DNA of 32,000 nt from Verrucomicrobiota bacterium (lineage in GTDB: Bacteria; Verrucomicrobiota; Verrucomicrobiia; Opitutales; LL51): assembly GCA_021294815.2 (NCBI GenBank), contig CP095464.1, positions 840,001-872,000 of the forward strand. The letters are read 5' to 3'. Below are positions 9,703 to 17,806 of the stretch, one piece after another. Numbering within the stretch: position 1 is the first letter of the stretch; each line of letters starts with the position of its first letter. The translations under genes and the position numbers were made by a program. A model generated the notes under the pieces. It ran no database searches, had not been told where the DNA came from, and saw only the letters and a program-made list of their open reading frames with translations.

Positions 9703-10420
9703 ACCTTGACGAAGGTAACATTTGCAGCTGGTCGACAAGGCTTAATAAATAGAGCGCTGCCGTTTCAGAGCGTAGGATGTGTTGTCGGCTGAGGGTGACA
9801 AATCGAAGTTTTGGCGCCTCAAAATCCTTATATTCACGCTCCGAAAAATCACCTTCTGGACCGATGACGACTCCGATTTCTGTATCCGTTTGGAATTGTC
9901 TTAGTTCTTGGTAATAATCCAAAATTGGACGCGCAGACGGGTGAAGTGCGGCAACAAACGTCAGTGAAGGAAGGATAATTTTTGACGATTTTTGAGGTGG
10001 TTCAATCGCGGGAAGGAAAGCATTCCCCGACTGTTTGCAGGCCTCGCGAGCAATGTCGTTCCAATGCCGTAGTTTATTCTCCAAATCGTGAATTTTGACC
10101 TCGCTGTGATCGGTAATGAGTGGGGAAATTTTTCGGACACCAATTGCTGTCGCCTCTCGGATCAGAAAATCCATCGCCTTACTTTTGAGCAGCGCAGGAT
10201 AAAAGTTGATGCGTGATGCCGTTGCGTGCTGAATTTTTTGAATGTGAACCGTTTGGTCCGGCTCCACTAAGCCTGTTGCAATGGTGCCATGGCCATCTAG
10301 AAGCTGAATGGTTTCTGACGGTTGAGCCCGCAAAACTCGAAATACATGATGCGCCTCGTTACGTTCCAAGTGGCAACATTTTCCAACTTCCAATTCTCCA
10401 TCGTAAAACGCCCGGATCAC
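9686..10420 (-). CDS. rsmE: 16S rRNA (uracil1498-N3)-methyltransferase
   Basis: N-terminal PUA-like region (HHVFRVLR....I.LLDG.G) and SPOUT C-terminus (IGPEGDFSEREY...LS..ILRSETAAL). The length of 244 aa is typical. Confidence 0.85.
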   Translation of the reverse strand: MIRAFYDGELEVGKCCHLERNEAHHVFRVLRAQPSETIQLLDGHGTIATGLVEPDQTVHIQKIQHATASRINFYPALLKSKAMDFLIREATAIGVRKISPLITDHSEVKIHDLENKLRHWNDIAREACKQSGNAFLPAIEPPQKSSKIILPSLTFVAALHPSARPILDYYQELRQFQTDTEIGVVIGPEGDFSEREYKDFEAPKLRFVTLSRQHILRSETAALYLLSLVDQLQMLPSSRYEACR

Positions 10421-10423
10421 GTC

Positions 10424-11098
10424 TTACTCCTGGGGAGGCAGAATAAAAGCGACGTCGTTAACAGCGATCCAGCCATTTTTCCCTTGCGGCAATTTCGCTA
10501 GTAAAAAATCGCCATGGCGCTCTAAAGCCGTAATGGGTTTCCCTCGTTCAAGAAACATAAGAACACTTGCCTGCGATGTCGGCGATACACGCAACGGCGC
10601 CTCATTACGAATGATAACGCATTGGCGTTGAGCCTGTTTGAGATAGTAACCGTAGCTGATAAAAGAAGTACTTAGCAGCCACAACAATACGTAATAAAAC
10701 TTTGATCGACGCCGAAGGACAAGGAAACCAAGCAAAACAAACAGGATTAGTAAAACGCCAACTGCCACATCGGCATAAAACTTGGTAGCCAGAAGGGGCG
10801 TTAGTGGGCCCTGTTCCGAAGCCCTAGGAAGGGCCTGATATGCGGCGTCGAGGGCCGAGCGATAAGGCGCGAGATCGCGTGCCCGCTCAAATGAAATCCG
10901 GGCGTTGACTTCATCTCCCTGCTGCAGATACGCGCTGCCCAAGTTAAAATATTTCGCGAATGAATGCGTCGGGATGGCGTTGAGATGCTCAATCGCCTCT
11001 GCATACTCCTGGCGCTCAATCGCGTCATTGGCATCGAAAAAATCGTCGCCGTAGAGTGATGAAAGCGACAGAAAAAGACTAAAAATGAGACGTTTCAT
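10424..11098 (-). CDS. batE: BatE-like protein: signal peptide, TPR, TM helix, C-terminal SH3b-like domain
   Basis: Signal-like N-terminus, TPR-like segment (YAEAIEHLNAI...LGSAYLQQGDEVNARISFERA), hydrophobic helix VAVGVLLILFVLLGFLVL and a beta-rich C-terminus ending GWIAVNDV. Its ATG overlaps the upstream gene's stop (ATGA). The call rests on domain layout and operon position. Confidence 0.6.
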   Translation of the reverse strand: MKRLIFSLFLSLSSLYGDDFFDANDAIERQEYAEAIEHLNAIPTHSFAKYFNLGSAYLQQGDEVNARISFERARDLAPYRSALDAAYQALPRASEQGPLTPLLATKFYADVAVGVLLILFVLLGFLVLRRRSKFYYVLLWLLSTSFISYGYYLKQAQRQCVIIRNEAPLRVSPTSQASVLMFLERGKPITALERHGDFLLAKLPQGKNGWIAVNDVAFILPPQE

Positions 11099-12828
11099 GA
11101 GGATTTTTTAAGGAGTGGGATGATGCGAAGAAGGGTATCGATTTGCCGCGTCGCGTATAACTTGAGTACGTGTTTTTGGCCAAAAACGACGTCGTCTGCC
11201 TCGTTTAAAAATTCTTCAAGCCACTTACGCTGCTCTGGTGCGACCGCTTGGCATCGATCGAGGATTTTCGCACGCGAAATTTCTTTTTCGAAGTCATTGC
11301 CCGTGACGGTGCGATTGAGCAATTGGAGCGCCGCTTTGTAACCGCTATCGACATCATTGTTATGGAGCATTTTAACCAACTGTTGGCGTTCCTTCTTTAA
11401 ATTGAGTCGAGGCAATTTTTTAGATTTCTGAGGCGCTACTTGTGAATGCTTTTTCCAAAGGCTCAGCGTTGTGATGAGTAGGAATGCGGCAATGATCGCT
11501 ATCAACCAACGTTGGATGCAAGATTGCAAGATCCAAGGGGAGAGTGAGCGATAGGGCCATGTATCTTGCGTGAGTAAATGGAGCGCCGGAGCGGCAGAGG
11601 AAGACGACACAGAACCCGCAACCGGAGCCGGTGGTGCGACCAATGCGTTAGTTGAGCGTGAGACGAGAATTTTCGTGGTATCGGCAACCTCCAACTCACG
11701 GTAGGCATGTTCGGTTGGGGAGAAGTAGCCAAACTTGATTGTCGGCAGTACGAGCTCACCGGTCTTTTGCGGAATAATGACGTATTCGAATGTTTTTTGA
11801 CCATTCGACGGTCCCATTTCTTTAAACTTCGTTTTAGGTTCGAAGCATTTCCAAGTCTCGTCGGCAAGAAGTGCGGGCGCTTGAATGCGATCAAAGTTGC
11901 CTTCTCCGCAAAGATCAATCGAAAGGGTAATCGGCTCACCTGCGAGCGTACGATCTGACGATAGATGGAAATTTTGGAATGAAAAATCACCGATAGCGCC
12001 GCTAAAAGATTCGGGTGCTGGTGATGGCAATGCAGCAACTTTTAGAGGAATGATGTTGGTCTCGAGCTCACGCTGCACCTGGCTGGCCATCGCAAATAAG
12101 CCGAGAGGTTGTACAACCTTGCATAAACAGGTTGTTTTGAAGGCGAGAGAAAGATCCCCACTCTTAATCGGAGTAACCCAAGTCGTCCAGGTAAAGACTT
12201 CCGCACCGTTTTGATACCCTTCCTTAGGTTCTTTGCCTAAAGGCCCCAAAATACAATGGCCATTAACGGTTTCTGGAGGAATGCAACGTAGAAGTTGGGT
12301 GTCATCTCCCGTTATCCGAAGTGCAATCTGTATCGGAATGCGTTGACCAACATACGCTTCTGTGGTTGCGACATTCAACGTTGCTTCGATACCACCGGCC
12401 ATTTCTTGACGTGTCTGGTGCCCATGAGCATCCTCCGTAACCGTCAATGTGGAAGGCGGAATGGTGATAACCTCGTCCTCGGCTGCGATATCGAAAGCGG
12501 GCATTGTAAACGTTCCGGTATGTTCGGCGACGAAGGAATAGATGATATGCGTTTTACGCACTACGCGGCCATTGGCACTAAAGACCGATTGTTGTGTATT
12601 TTCGCCAAACTGTTGGAGTCCAGGAACGTTGGGTAAGCGGAAAGACGAGGGAACGATATTGGTAAACGCGATAACATAACGGGCTTCATCGGAGAGTGTG
12701 ATCCGATTAGGTTCAAAACGTGCTTCGACGCTACCTTCGGCTAATGTTTTAGATGCCCCTGCTATGGCCGAAGTGCTGATTACAAGCCATGTCCACAAAA
12801 AAACGATCAATGACGACAAACACCTCAT
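11095..12828 (-). CDS. batD: BatD-like (oxygen-tolerance family) membrane-anchored protein
   Basis: 577 aa with a signal peptide, a long beta-rich ectodomain, a single TM near the C-terminus (WLIAIIAAFLLITTLSLW) and a basic cytoplasmic tail. It sits between the VWA/TPR gene and the TPR/SH3 gene as in bat operons. The call is by architecture and context, not by a diagnostic motif. Confidence 0.6.
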   Translation of the reverse strand: MRCLSSLIVFLWTWLVISTSAIAGASKTLAEGSVEARFEPNRITLSDEARYVIAFTNIVPSSFRLPNVPGLQQFGENTQQSVFSANGRVVRKTHIIYSFVAEHTGTFTMPAFDIAAEDEVITIPPSTLTVTEDAHGHQTRQEMAGGIEATLNVATTEAYVGQRIPIQIALRITGDDTQLLRCIPPETVNGHCILGPLGKEPKEGYQNGAEVFTWTTWVTPIKSGDLSLAFKTTCLCKVVQPLGLFAMASQVQRELETNIIPLKVAALPSPAPESFSGAIGDFSFQNFHLSSDRTLAGEPITLSIDLCGEGNFDRIQAPALLADETWKCFEPKTKFKEMGPSNGQKTFEYVIIPQKTGELVLPTIKFGYFSPTEHAYRELEVADTTKILVSRSTNALVAPPAPVAGSVSSSSAAPALHLLTQDTWPYRSLSPWILQSCIQRWLIAIIAAFLLITTLSLWKKHSQVAPQKSKKLPRLNLKKERQQLVKMLHNNDVDSGYKAALQLLNRTVTGNDFEKEISRAKILDRCQAVAPEQRKWLEEFLNEADDVVFGQKHVLKLYATRQIDTLLRIIPLLKKSS

Positions 12829-12849
12829 CTCTCTTAATTTTCTATATTA

Positions 12850-15015
12850 TTACCAAAATTTTTCGATTTGGCGAGTGGTAATTTGTTCCGGTGCTGCATA
12901 AAGCGGTAGAATTTTTTCATCGCCCTCAAGGCCATCGAGAAGTTGTTTCGCTTCCGCCGCGGATAAACCTGAAGGAGAAGGTTGTGGTTGAGCGGGATTT
13001 TGCTGGGGCTCTCCTTGTTGTGGGTCAGGATTTTTAGGCTGTCCTTGGTCCTTGTCCTTGTCCTTGTCCTTGTCCTTGTCCTTGTCCTTGTCCTTGTCCT
13101 TGTCCTTGTCCTTGTCCTTGTCCTTGTCCTTGTCCTTGTCCTTGTCCTTGTCCTTGTCCTTGTCCTTGTCCTTGTCCTTGTCCTTGTCCTTGTCCTTGTC
13201 CTTGTCCTTGTCCTTGTCCTTGTCCTTGTCCTTGTCCTTGTCCTTGTCCTTGTCCTTGTCCTTGTCCTTGTCCTTGTCCTTGTCCTTGTCCTTGTCCTTG
13301 TCCTTGTCCTTGTCCTTGTCCTTGTCCTCCGGTGCCTCCTTATCCGAATTTGCCTCTTTGTCAGCGTTATTTTCTGGATCTTCCTTTTGTTCGGAGTCTT
13401 TGTTATTCTCGTCAGATTCTGACGGATTCTGGTCGTTCTGGTCGTTCTGGTCGTTCTGGTCGTTCTGGTCGTTCTGGTCGTTCTGGTCGTTCTGGTCGTT
13501 CTGGTCGTTCTGGTCGTTCTGGTCGGGATCCTTTGGGGGCGTCAGGTCCTCTAATTTTTTGATGCAATCGTCAACGTATTTCCAATTCTTTTTCGCGTCA
13601 TCAAAGTTTTGATTTAATCCGATAGCATTAGAAAATGCGTCGCGGCTTGCCTCCCATTGTGCGCGCTTTTCTTGGGCAGTTGGAAGAGTTTCTCCGTACT
13701 TGAAGAGCGCGTTCCCGAGGTTGTAATAAATTTTTTCCTGAAGATTAATGGGAGCTTCTTGGAGCGCTTTCTGAAACGTTTCAATAGCCTCAGGATATCT
13801 CTGTAATGCGGTAAGTGTCGTGGCCTGGTTAAAGGTTTTTTCTTTAGTATCCGTACTAGTTTGCTCATAAAAATGGAGCGCATCCTCGTATTGTCCCCGC
13901 TGGAAAAGCTTTTCTCCAATACTTTCGCGTGCTAAGGTTTGCGAAATAGACAATGTCCAGAGAAGCCCAGAAACCAAGAAAATCGAAAGTTTATAATAGG
14001 CTGAGATTCCGTAGCGGGGGGGGCGCCGAGCAGTCCCAATGAGCATTTCCATTAATAACAGCACGAATGCTGGCAGTAAGAACCACAGATAGCGTTCGCA
14101 GGGAATGTGTTCAACTGACATATCGGCCTCTTGGGTAAGGTTGAGCGGAAATTGTTTTTTTAGTTCCTGGAGCAATAATGAACCCAAGTCGGCGGTGAAT
14201 GGGTGATAATGTCCTCCTGTTTCATCGGCTAACTTTTTTAATGTCGCCTCATCGAGTACCGTCTTGACGACATTGCCATAGCGATCCTGAAGATCTTGAA
14301 CCCTTCCGTCATCTAGCGTAATGGGAATGGTTGTTTCTTCCGTTGAACCGATACCGACGCTGTAGACATAAACGTCTTTGGGGAGGTTGATGCTCAAACT
14401 TTGCCCTTCGACTAGATCTTCACCGTCGGAAAAGACAAAAAGCACCTTTTGATTAGGAGAGGATTCGTAGACCGTTTCTGCGATACGTAACATCGTACTC
14501 AACGACGTTCCAAGAACAGGAATAATATCGGTGTCGAGCATCTGTAGACTGTGCGCAAACGTGGCATAATCTAAAGTTAGCGGGCACTGCAAAAAGGCCT
14601 CTCCGGCAAAGGCGATGAGCCCCACGCGATGGCCAGGAACTTGGCGTAAAAAATCAAGAATCAGGAGTTTCGTGCGTTCGAGACGATTGGGGTTCATATC
14701 CTCGGCCAACATGCTTTTGGAAACGTCAACAGCGAATAGCAGATCGACGCCTCTCGGTTTCGTTGCGCGTTCTTCCTCTCCGAACTGAGGGCGACAAAGC
14801 GCGACACCCACCAATAAAGCCGCGGCGACAAATAAAAAGTGCTTCCACTTTCGACGTACAGGGCTATCGTTGGCCATCAGGATTGGTGCCAGCCGTTCTG
14901 TAGCAAAACGAGCGAGCCGACGTTTTCGGCGTGCCGCGGCGTAAGTGCTACCGAAGAAGAGAAACAAGATCAGCAGTGGTAAAAAGATAAGCGCAATGTC
15001 ACGGTTCAAGCTCAT
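12850..15015 (-). CDS. batB: BatB-BatC-like fusion: TM, VWA domain (MIDAS DVSKS), two TM helices, TPR repeats, (DQN)11 and (KD)46 low-complexity tracts, conserved C-terminal tail
   Basis: VWA features VDLLFAVDVSKSMLAEDM...LIAFAG...VLFVFSDGED. TPR features FQRGQYEDALHFYEQ...YPEAIETFQKAL...YYNLGNALFKYGE. The start is taken as ATG 15015 (MSLNRDIALIFLPLL...), which overlaps the stop of the upstream VWA gene by ATGA. The ORF track extends to 15099. Confidence 0.8.
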   Translation of the reverse strand: MSLNRDIALIFLPLLILFLFFGSTYAAARRKRRLARFATERLAPILMANDSPVRRKWKHFLFVAAALLVGVALCRPQFGEEERATKPRGVDLLFAVDVSKSMLAEDMNPNRLERTKLLILDFLRQVPGHRVGLIAFAGEAFLQCPLTLDYATFAHSLQMLDTDIIPVLGTSLSTMLRIAETVYESSPNQKVLFVFSDGEDLVEGQSLSINLPKDVYVYSVGIGSTEETTIPITLDDGRVQDLQDRYGNVVKTVLDEATLKKLADETGGHYHPFTADLGSLLLQELKKQFPLNLTQEADMSVEHIPCERYLWFLLPAFVLLLMEMLIGTARRPPRYGISAYYKLSIFLVSGLLWTLSISQTLARESIGEKLFQRGQYEDALHFYEQTSTDTKEKTFNQATTLTALQRYPEAIETFQKALQEAPINLQEKIYYNLGNALFKYGETLPTAQEKRAQWEASRDAFSNAIGLNQNFDDAKKNWKYVDDCIKKLEDLTPPKDPDQNDQNDQNDQNDQNDQNDQNDQNDQNDQNDQNPSESDENNKDSEQKEDPENNADKEANSDKEAPEDKDKDKDKDKDKDKDKDKDKDKDKDKDKDKDKDKDKDKDKDKDKDKDKDKDKDKDKDKDKDKDKDKDKDKDKDKDKDKDKDKDKDKDKDKDKDQGQPKNPDPQQGEPQQNPAQPQPSPSGLSAAEAKQLLDGLEGDEKILPLYAAPEQITTRQIEKFW
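13048..13323 (-). repeat. perfect hexanucleotide microsatellite, 46 x AAGGAC on the coding strand (GTCCTT on +), encoding (Lys-Asp)46
   Basis: Counted directly. Lines 13081-13320 are uninterrupted repeat (240 nt), with 33 nt before and 3 nt after, giving 276 nt or 46 units without a single mismatch. Imperfect copies flank it at 13041-13047 and 13324-13329. Confidence 0.97.
13426..13524 (-). repeat. nonanucleotide tandem repeat, 11 x GACCAGAAC on the coding strand, encoding (Asp-Gln-Asn)11
   Basis: There are 10 perfect GTTCTGGTC units on the + strand. One terminal unit carries a synonymous change (ATTCTGGTC = GAC CAG AAT). Confidence 0.95.
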
Positions 15016-16040
15016 GGGATGCGTTGTAGTTTTGTCGCTCGAAGGAGAAATTCGAGGAGCAGTAATAACATCGCGACGGCAACAAGCCACGGGAACCATT
15101 CATCGACGATCGCGTACTGCTGTAATTTTACGTCTGTTTTTTCAAGTTGATCGATGGTTTCGTAAATTTGGGAAAATTCCTCGCGATTTTCGGCCCGAAA
15201 GAACTGGCCCTGGGTTTGTTCGGCGATTGCGCGCAACGGGGCTTCATCGAGCTCTGTCATGTACTGAACTGCGATGTATTTCCCGTCGTAATCCGTCTGT
15301 ATGTGTCCTTGCTCATCGGTAACAGCGAAGGGGACGAGGCCAGATTTCCCGACGCCAATCGTATAAATTTTAATTCCAAGTGCTGCCGCTGCTTCGGCCG
15401 CGACAACCGGCGATAGCGTACCACAGTTGTTGTCGCCGTCGGTAACAAGTACGATAATTTTGCTTTTAGCCTGGCTATTTTTGAGACGATTGGCACACAT
15501 GCAGATTGTGTCGCCGATTGCTGTGCCATCCTCGATCAACTTCACGTGAAGCCGTCGTAGATTGTCTTTGAGCCAGGTGTGGTTGAGTGTGAGAGGGCTC
15601 ACGAGGTACGGTTCTCCGGCAAAAGCACACATTCCGAGGCGGTCATTAGGGCGATTTTCGATAAACACCTTTGTGACCTCTTTGGCAATGTCGAGGCGCG
15701 TGATCGTCTTTTCCCGATCGCTAAAATCGAGACCCATCATCGATCCCGAAACATCGATCGCGAGCATGATATCGACGCCGCTTGAATTAACTTCCGTGAA
15801 TTTCGATACCCACTGAGGGCGCGCCAGAGCGATAACAATGGCCGAAAGCGCTCCGAAGCGAAGCATAGAAAGAATCGGGCGTTGTTTTGGTTTTTTGGTA
15901 AAGCATCTTTTTATGCCATCAATCGACGAAAATTTGAACGTGGCATAACGGACATATTTTCGCTTCAATGCGAAAAACAGTGGCAGTAGCAACAGCAGCC
16001 ACAAAAAATATGGGTCATGAAATGTAAAGCTTTGGGTCAT
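15012..16040 (-). CDS. batA: BatA-like VWA-domain membrane protein
   Basis: N-terminal TM (FLWLLLLLPLFF), second TM, VWA domain with MIDAS motif (VDIMLAIDVSGSMMGLDF...VLVTDGDNN) and a C-terminal TM (WFPWLVAVAMLLLLLEFLL). ATGA overlaps occur at both ends. Confidence 0.8.
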   Translation of the reverse strand: MTQSFTFHDPYFLWLLLLLPLFFALKRKYVRYATFKFSSIDGIKRCFTKKPKQRPILSMLRFGALSAIVIALARPQWVSKFTEVNSSGVDIMLAIDVSGSMMGLDFSDREKTITRLDIAKEVTKVFIENRPNDRLGMCAFAGEPYLVSPLTLNHTWLKDNLRRLHVKLIEDGTAIGDTICMCANRLKNSQAKSKIIVLVTDGDNNCGTLSPVVAAEAAAALGIKIYTIGVGKSGLVPFAVTDEQGHIQTDYDGKYIAVQYMTELDEAPLRAIAEQTQGQFFRAENREEFSQIYETIDQLEKTDVKLQQYAIVDEWFPWLVAVAMLLLLLEFLLRATKLQRIP

Positions 16041-16645
16041 GTCGCGGGAGTCGATTTAGGTTTGCTGTGGTGGATCCGTACAAAGCGCGCAAAGCGACAG
16101 GTTTTAACAAAAAGTTCCTTTTGGATATCCTCAGTCAGCGCCTCTCGGGCAAATTTCGCGACGTCGGAGGACTGTAAAACGTCGGACAGTAGGGCGACCT
16201 GTTGCCATGAAAACTGTGTTGATTTACTGAAAAGGTTGAGAAATTCTTCCGTCGTCCGGCAGGTCAGAGAAAGGTGATATTCGCGCTGAAGATATGACTT
16301 TAGAGCGAAACACAGAGCGCTACAAAAATGAGGCGCTTTTCCAAGCAGTTGGCGAGATTTTTTGAGGTCGCTCAGAAGCTGTTGATACGAGGTAAGCGGT
16401 AGGGTAGGACGCGCGGTAGAACGACGGTACCAACGCCATAATATTCCGAGTAAAAATAATCCCAATAAGATACCCAGCGTTGTCAAAATAGGGACACGAT
16501 AATCTCCAATCGGCAAAGGGGGAATCTCGGGTAAAAGCTCTTTGGGAACCTCGAAGTCTTCCGTAACAACCGCGGAGCTCGCCATTAACGGTGAAACTGA
16601 GCCGCATGCTACTGCATAAAAAAAACCGAATCGAGAGATTCCCAT
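16037..16645 (-). CDS. small single-TM protein, DUF4381-like; first gene of the bat-like operon
   Basis: 202 aa with a Pro-rich segment, then TM (ILTTLGILLGLFLLGILW) plus RWYRR, then a helical region with TTEEFL and SDVAKFA, as I recall for the DUF4381 proteins that precede batA. The call is from memory of the family pattern and from position. Confidence 0.5.
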   Translation of the reverse strand: MGISRFGFFYAVACGSVSPLMASSAVVTEDFEVPKELLPEIPPLPIGDYRVPILTTLGILLGLFLLGILWRWYRRSTARPTLPLTSYQQLLSDLKKSRQLLGKAPHFCSALCFALKSYLQREYHLSLTCRTTEEFLNLFSKSTQFSWQQVALLSDVLQSSDVAKFAREALTEDIQKELFVKTCRFARFVRIHHSKPKSTPAT

Positions 16646-16758
16646 GGGTTGGCCTGTAGGGTAGGAGGGATGAGGAAATTGTCAATACATGCGCTTGTTT
16701 CACAGAAATTTTCGCGACACATACTTGAACTTTTTGGGAAAATTCTATAGCTGAGCGC

Positions 16759-17802
16759 ATGGAGTTGTTGCGGAGTGATCTCGTTAAGAAGGCGCGCGAA
16801 AAAATTGCCATAGTTGATTCGCTATCGACGCTGGAGTCGTTAAAGGCGGAGTTTTTAGGTCCGAATGGAGTGATTCGAAAAGCGAGTCAGGCTGTGCGGG
16901 AGCTGTCGCCCTCAGAACGACCAGCATTTGGACGTCAGTTAAACACATTAAAAGACGCGATTGAGTCGCTCTTTGTTTCCAAGGCGCAAGAACTCTCCGA
17001 TCGAAATCTCTTAAGTCAGCTGCCGCAATCACTTGATATCACACTCAACGCGCGAGATTCGTGGCGTGGAAGTATTCATCCATTAACCCAGGTTCGCGAA
17101 GAGTTAGAGACGATTTTTCATCACATTGGGTTTGTAACCGTTGATGGTCCGGAGGTCGAAACGGAGTGGTTTTGCTTTGATGCGCTCAATACGCCGCCGT
17201 CGCACCCAGCCCGCGATGCCATGGATACCTTTTTTTTACCCGAAGATGTGACGATGCGTACGACGAGTAAGCACGCTGACGAGCGCTATATTTTACGTTC
17301 CCACACCTCAACGGTCCAGATTCGGACGATGCTTAAAGAAAAACCTCCGTTACGTGTTGTTTCTCCCGGACGGACTTTTCGACGCGATACGGTAGATGCC
17401 ACGCACAGCGCAAACTTCCACCAGTTTGAGGCCCTCTATGTCGACGAACACGTTTCCGTATGCGATCTTTACGCAACTCTTGACTATGCCCTGAAGCGAT
17501 TTTTTGGGAAAAATACCCGAACACGGTTACGTCCGAGCTTTTTCCCGTTTACCGAGCCGAGTTTTGAAATGGATTTTCGCGCACAAAATATCGGTAAGCT
17601 CAGTGATCAGTGGATCGAAGTTTTGGGATGTGGCCTTGTCGATCCCAATGTTTTTGAGGCCGTCGGGATTGATCCAACTCGCTATACCGGTTTCGCAGCG
17701 GGATTTGGCATTGAACGCCTCGCTATGTTACGTTACGGTATTGATGACGTACGCCTGTTTTACCAAAACGATCTTCGCTTTCTGGATCAGTTCGCTCGGT
17801 AA
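16759..17802 (+). CDS. pheS: phenylalanine--tRNA ligase alpha subunit
   Basis: N-terminal coiled coil (LEKLKAEFLG-type: LESLKAEFLGPNG) and class II core (HPARD..DTFF, LRSHTS.VQIR, PGR.FRRD..DATHS..FHQ.E, FFPFTEPS.E.D, GFA.G.G.ERLAML.YGI.D.R). Confidence 0.93.
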   Translation: MELLRSDLVKKAREKIAIVDSLSTLESLKAEFLGPNGVIRKASQAVRELSPSERPAFGRQLNTLKDAIESLFVSKAQELSDRNLLSQLPQSLDITLNARDSWRGSIHPLTQVREELETIFHHIGFVTVDGPEVETEWFCFDALNTPPSHPARDAMDTFFLPEDVTMRTTSKHADERYILRSHTSTVQIRTMLKEKPPLRVVSPGRTFRRDTVDATHSANFHQFEALYVDEHVSVCDLYATLDYALKRFFGKNTRTRLRPSFFPFTEPSFEMDFRAQNIGKLSDQWIEVLGCGLVDPNVFEAVGIDPTRYTGFAAGFGIERLAMLRYGIDDVRLFYQNDLRFLDQFAR

Positions 17803-17806
17803 TGAA

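Noticed and set aside
11502-12038. 178-aa minus-strand ORF and several plus-strand ORFs within the BatD-like gene
   Set aside because: They are out-of-frame overlaps with an R/S/H-rich composition typical of spurious frames, and the 577-aa frame has a signal peptide, TM helix and operon coupling.
13041-13525. Possible CRISPR array or other spacer-containing repeat locus
   Set aside because: The repeats are 6-nt and 9-nt units in direct tandem with no spacers, they lie entirely in-frame inside a CDS, and no cas genes are present.
12982-13612. Plus-strand ORFs of 146, 186 and 76 aa encoding (LV)n, (SL)n, (WSF)n and (SGR)n repeats
   Set aside because: They are alternative-frame and antisense read-throughs of the hexamer and nonamer microsatellites. 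The minus-strand frame is continuous with VWA and TPR domains and a conserved tail, so it is the real gene.
16618-16625. T8 tract (A8 on +) eight codons into the first gene of the bat-like operon, as a possible phase-variation switch
   Set aside because: A/T homopolymers of 8 occur at several other places in ordinary genes here (for example 17230-17237 in pheS, 24813-20 in murC-murB, 28873-80 in priA), so this is consistent with chance.
7525-16645. Genomic island integrated at the 3' end of tRNA-Val
   Set aside because: I found no integrase, no direct repeat of the tRNA 3' end and no mobility genes. The flanking genes (helicase, rsmE, bat-like operon) look like core genes.
16646-16758. Three GAAAWTT-like words (GAAATTGT, GAAATTTT, GAAAATTC) in the bat-operon/pheS divergent region, as a possible operator
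   Set aside because: They are short, AT-rich, irregularly spaced words and cannot be distinguished from chance without comparative data.
16320-16811. 163-aa minus-strand ORF spanning the operon start and the pheS start
   Set aside because: It crosses the intergenic promoter region and overlaps two better supported genes in other frames.
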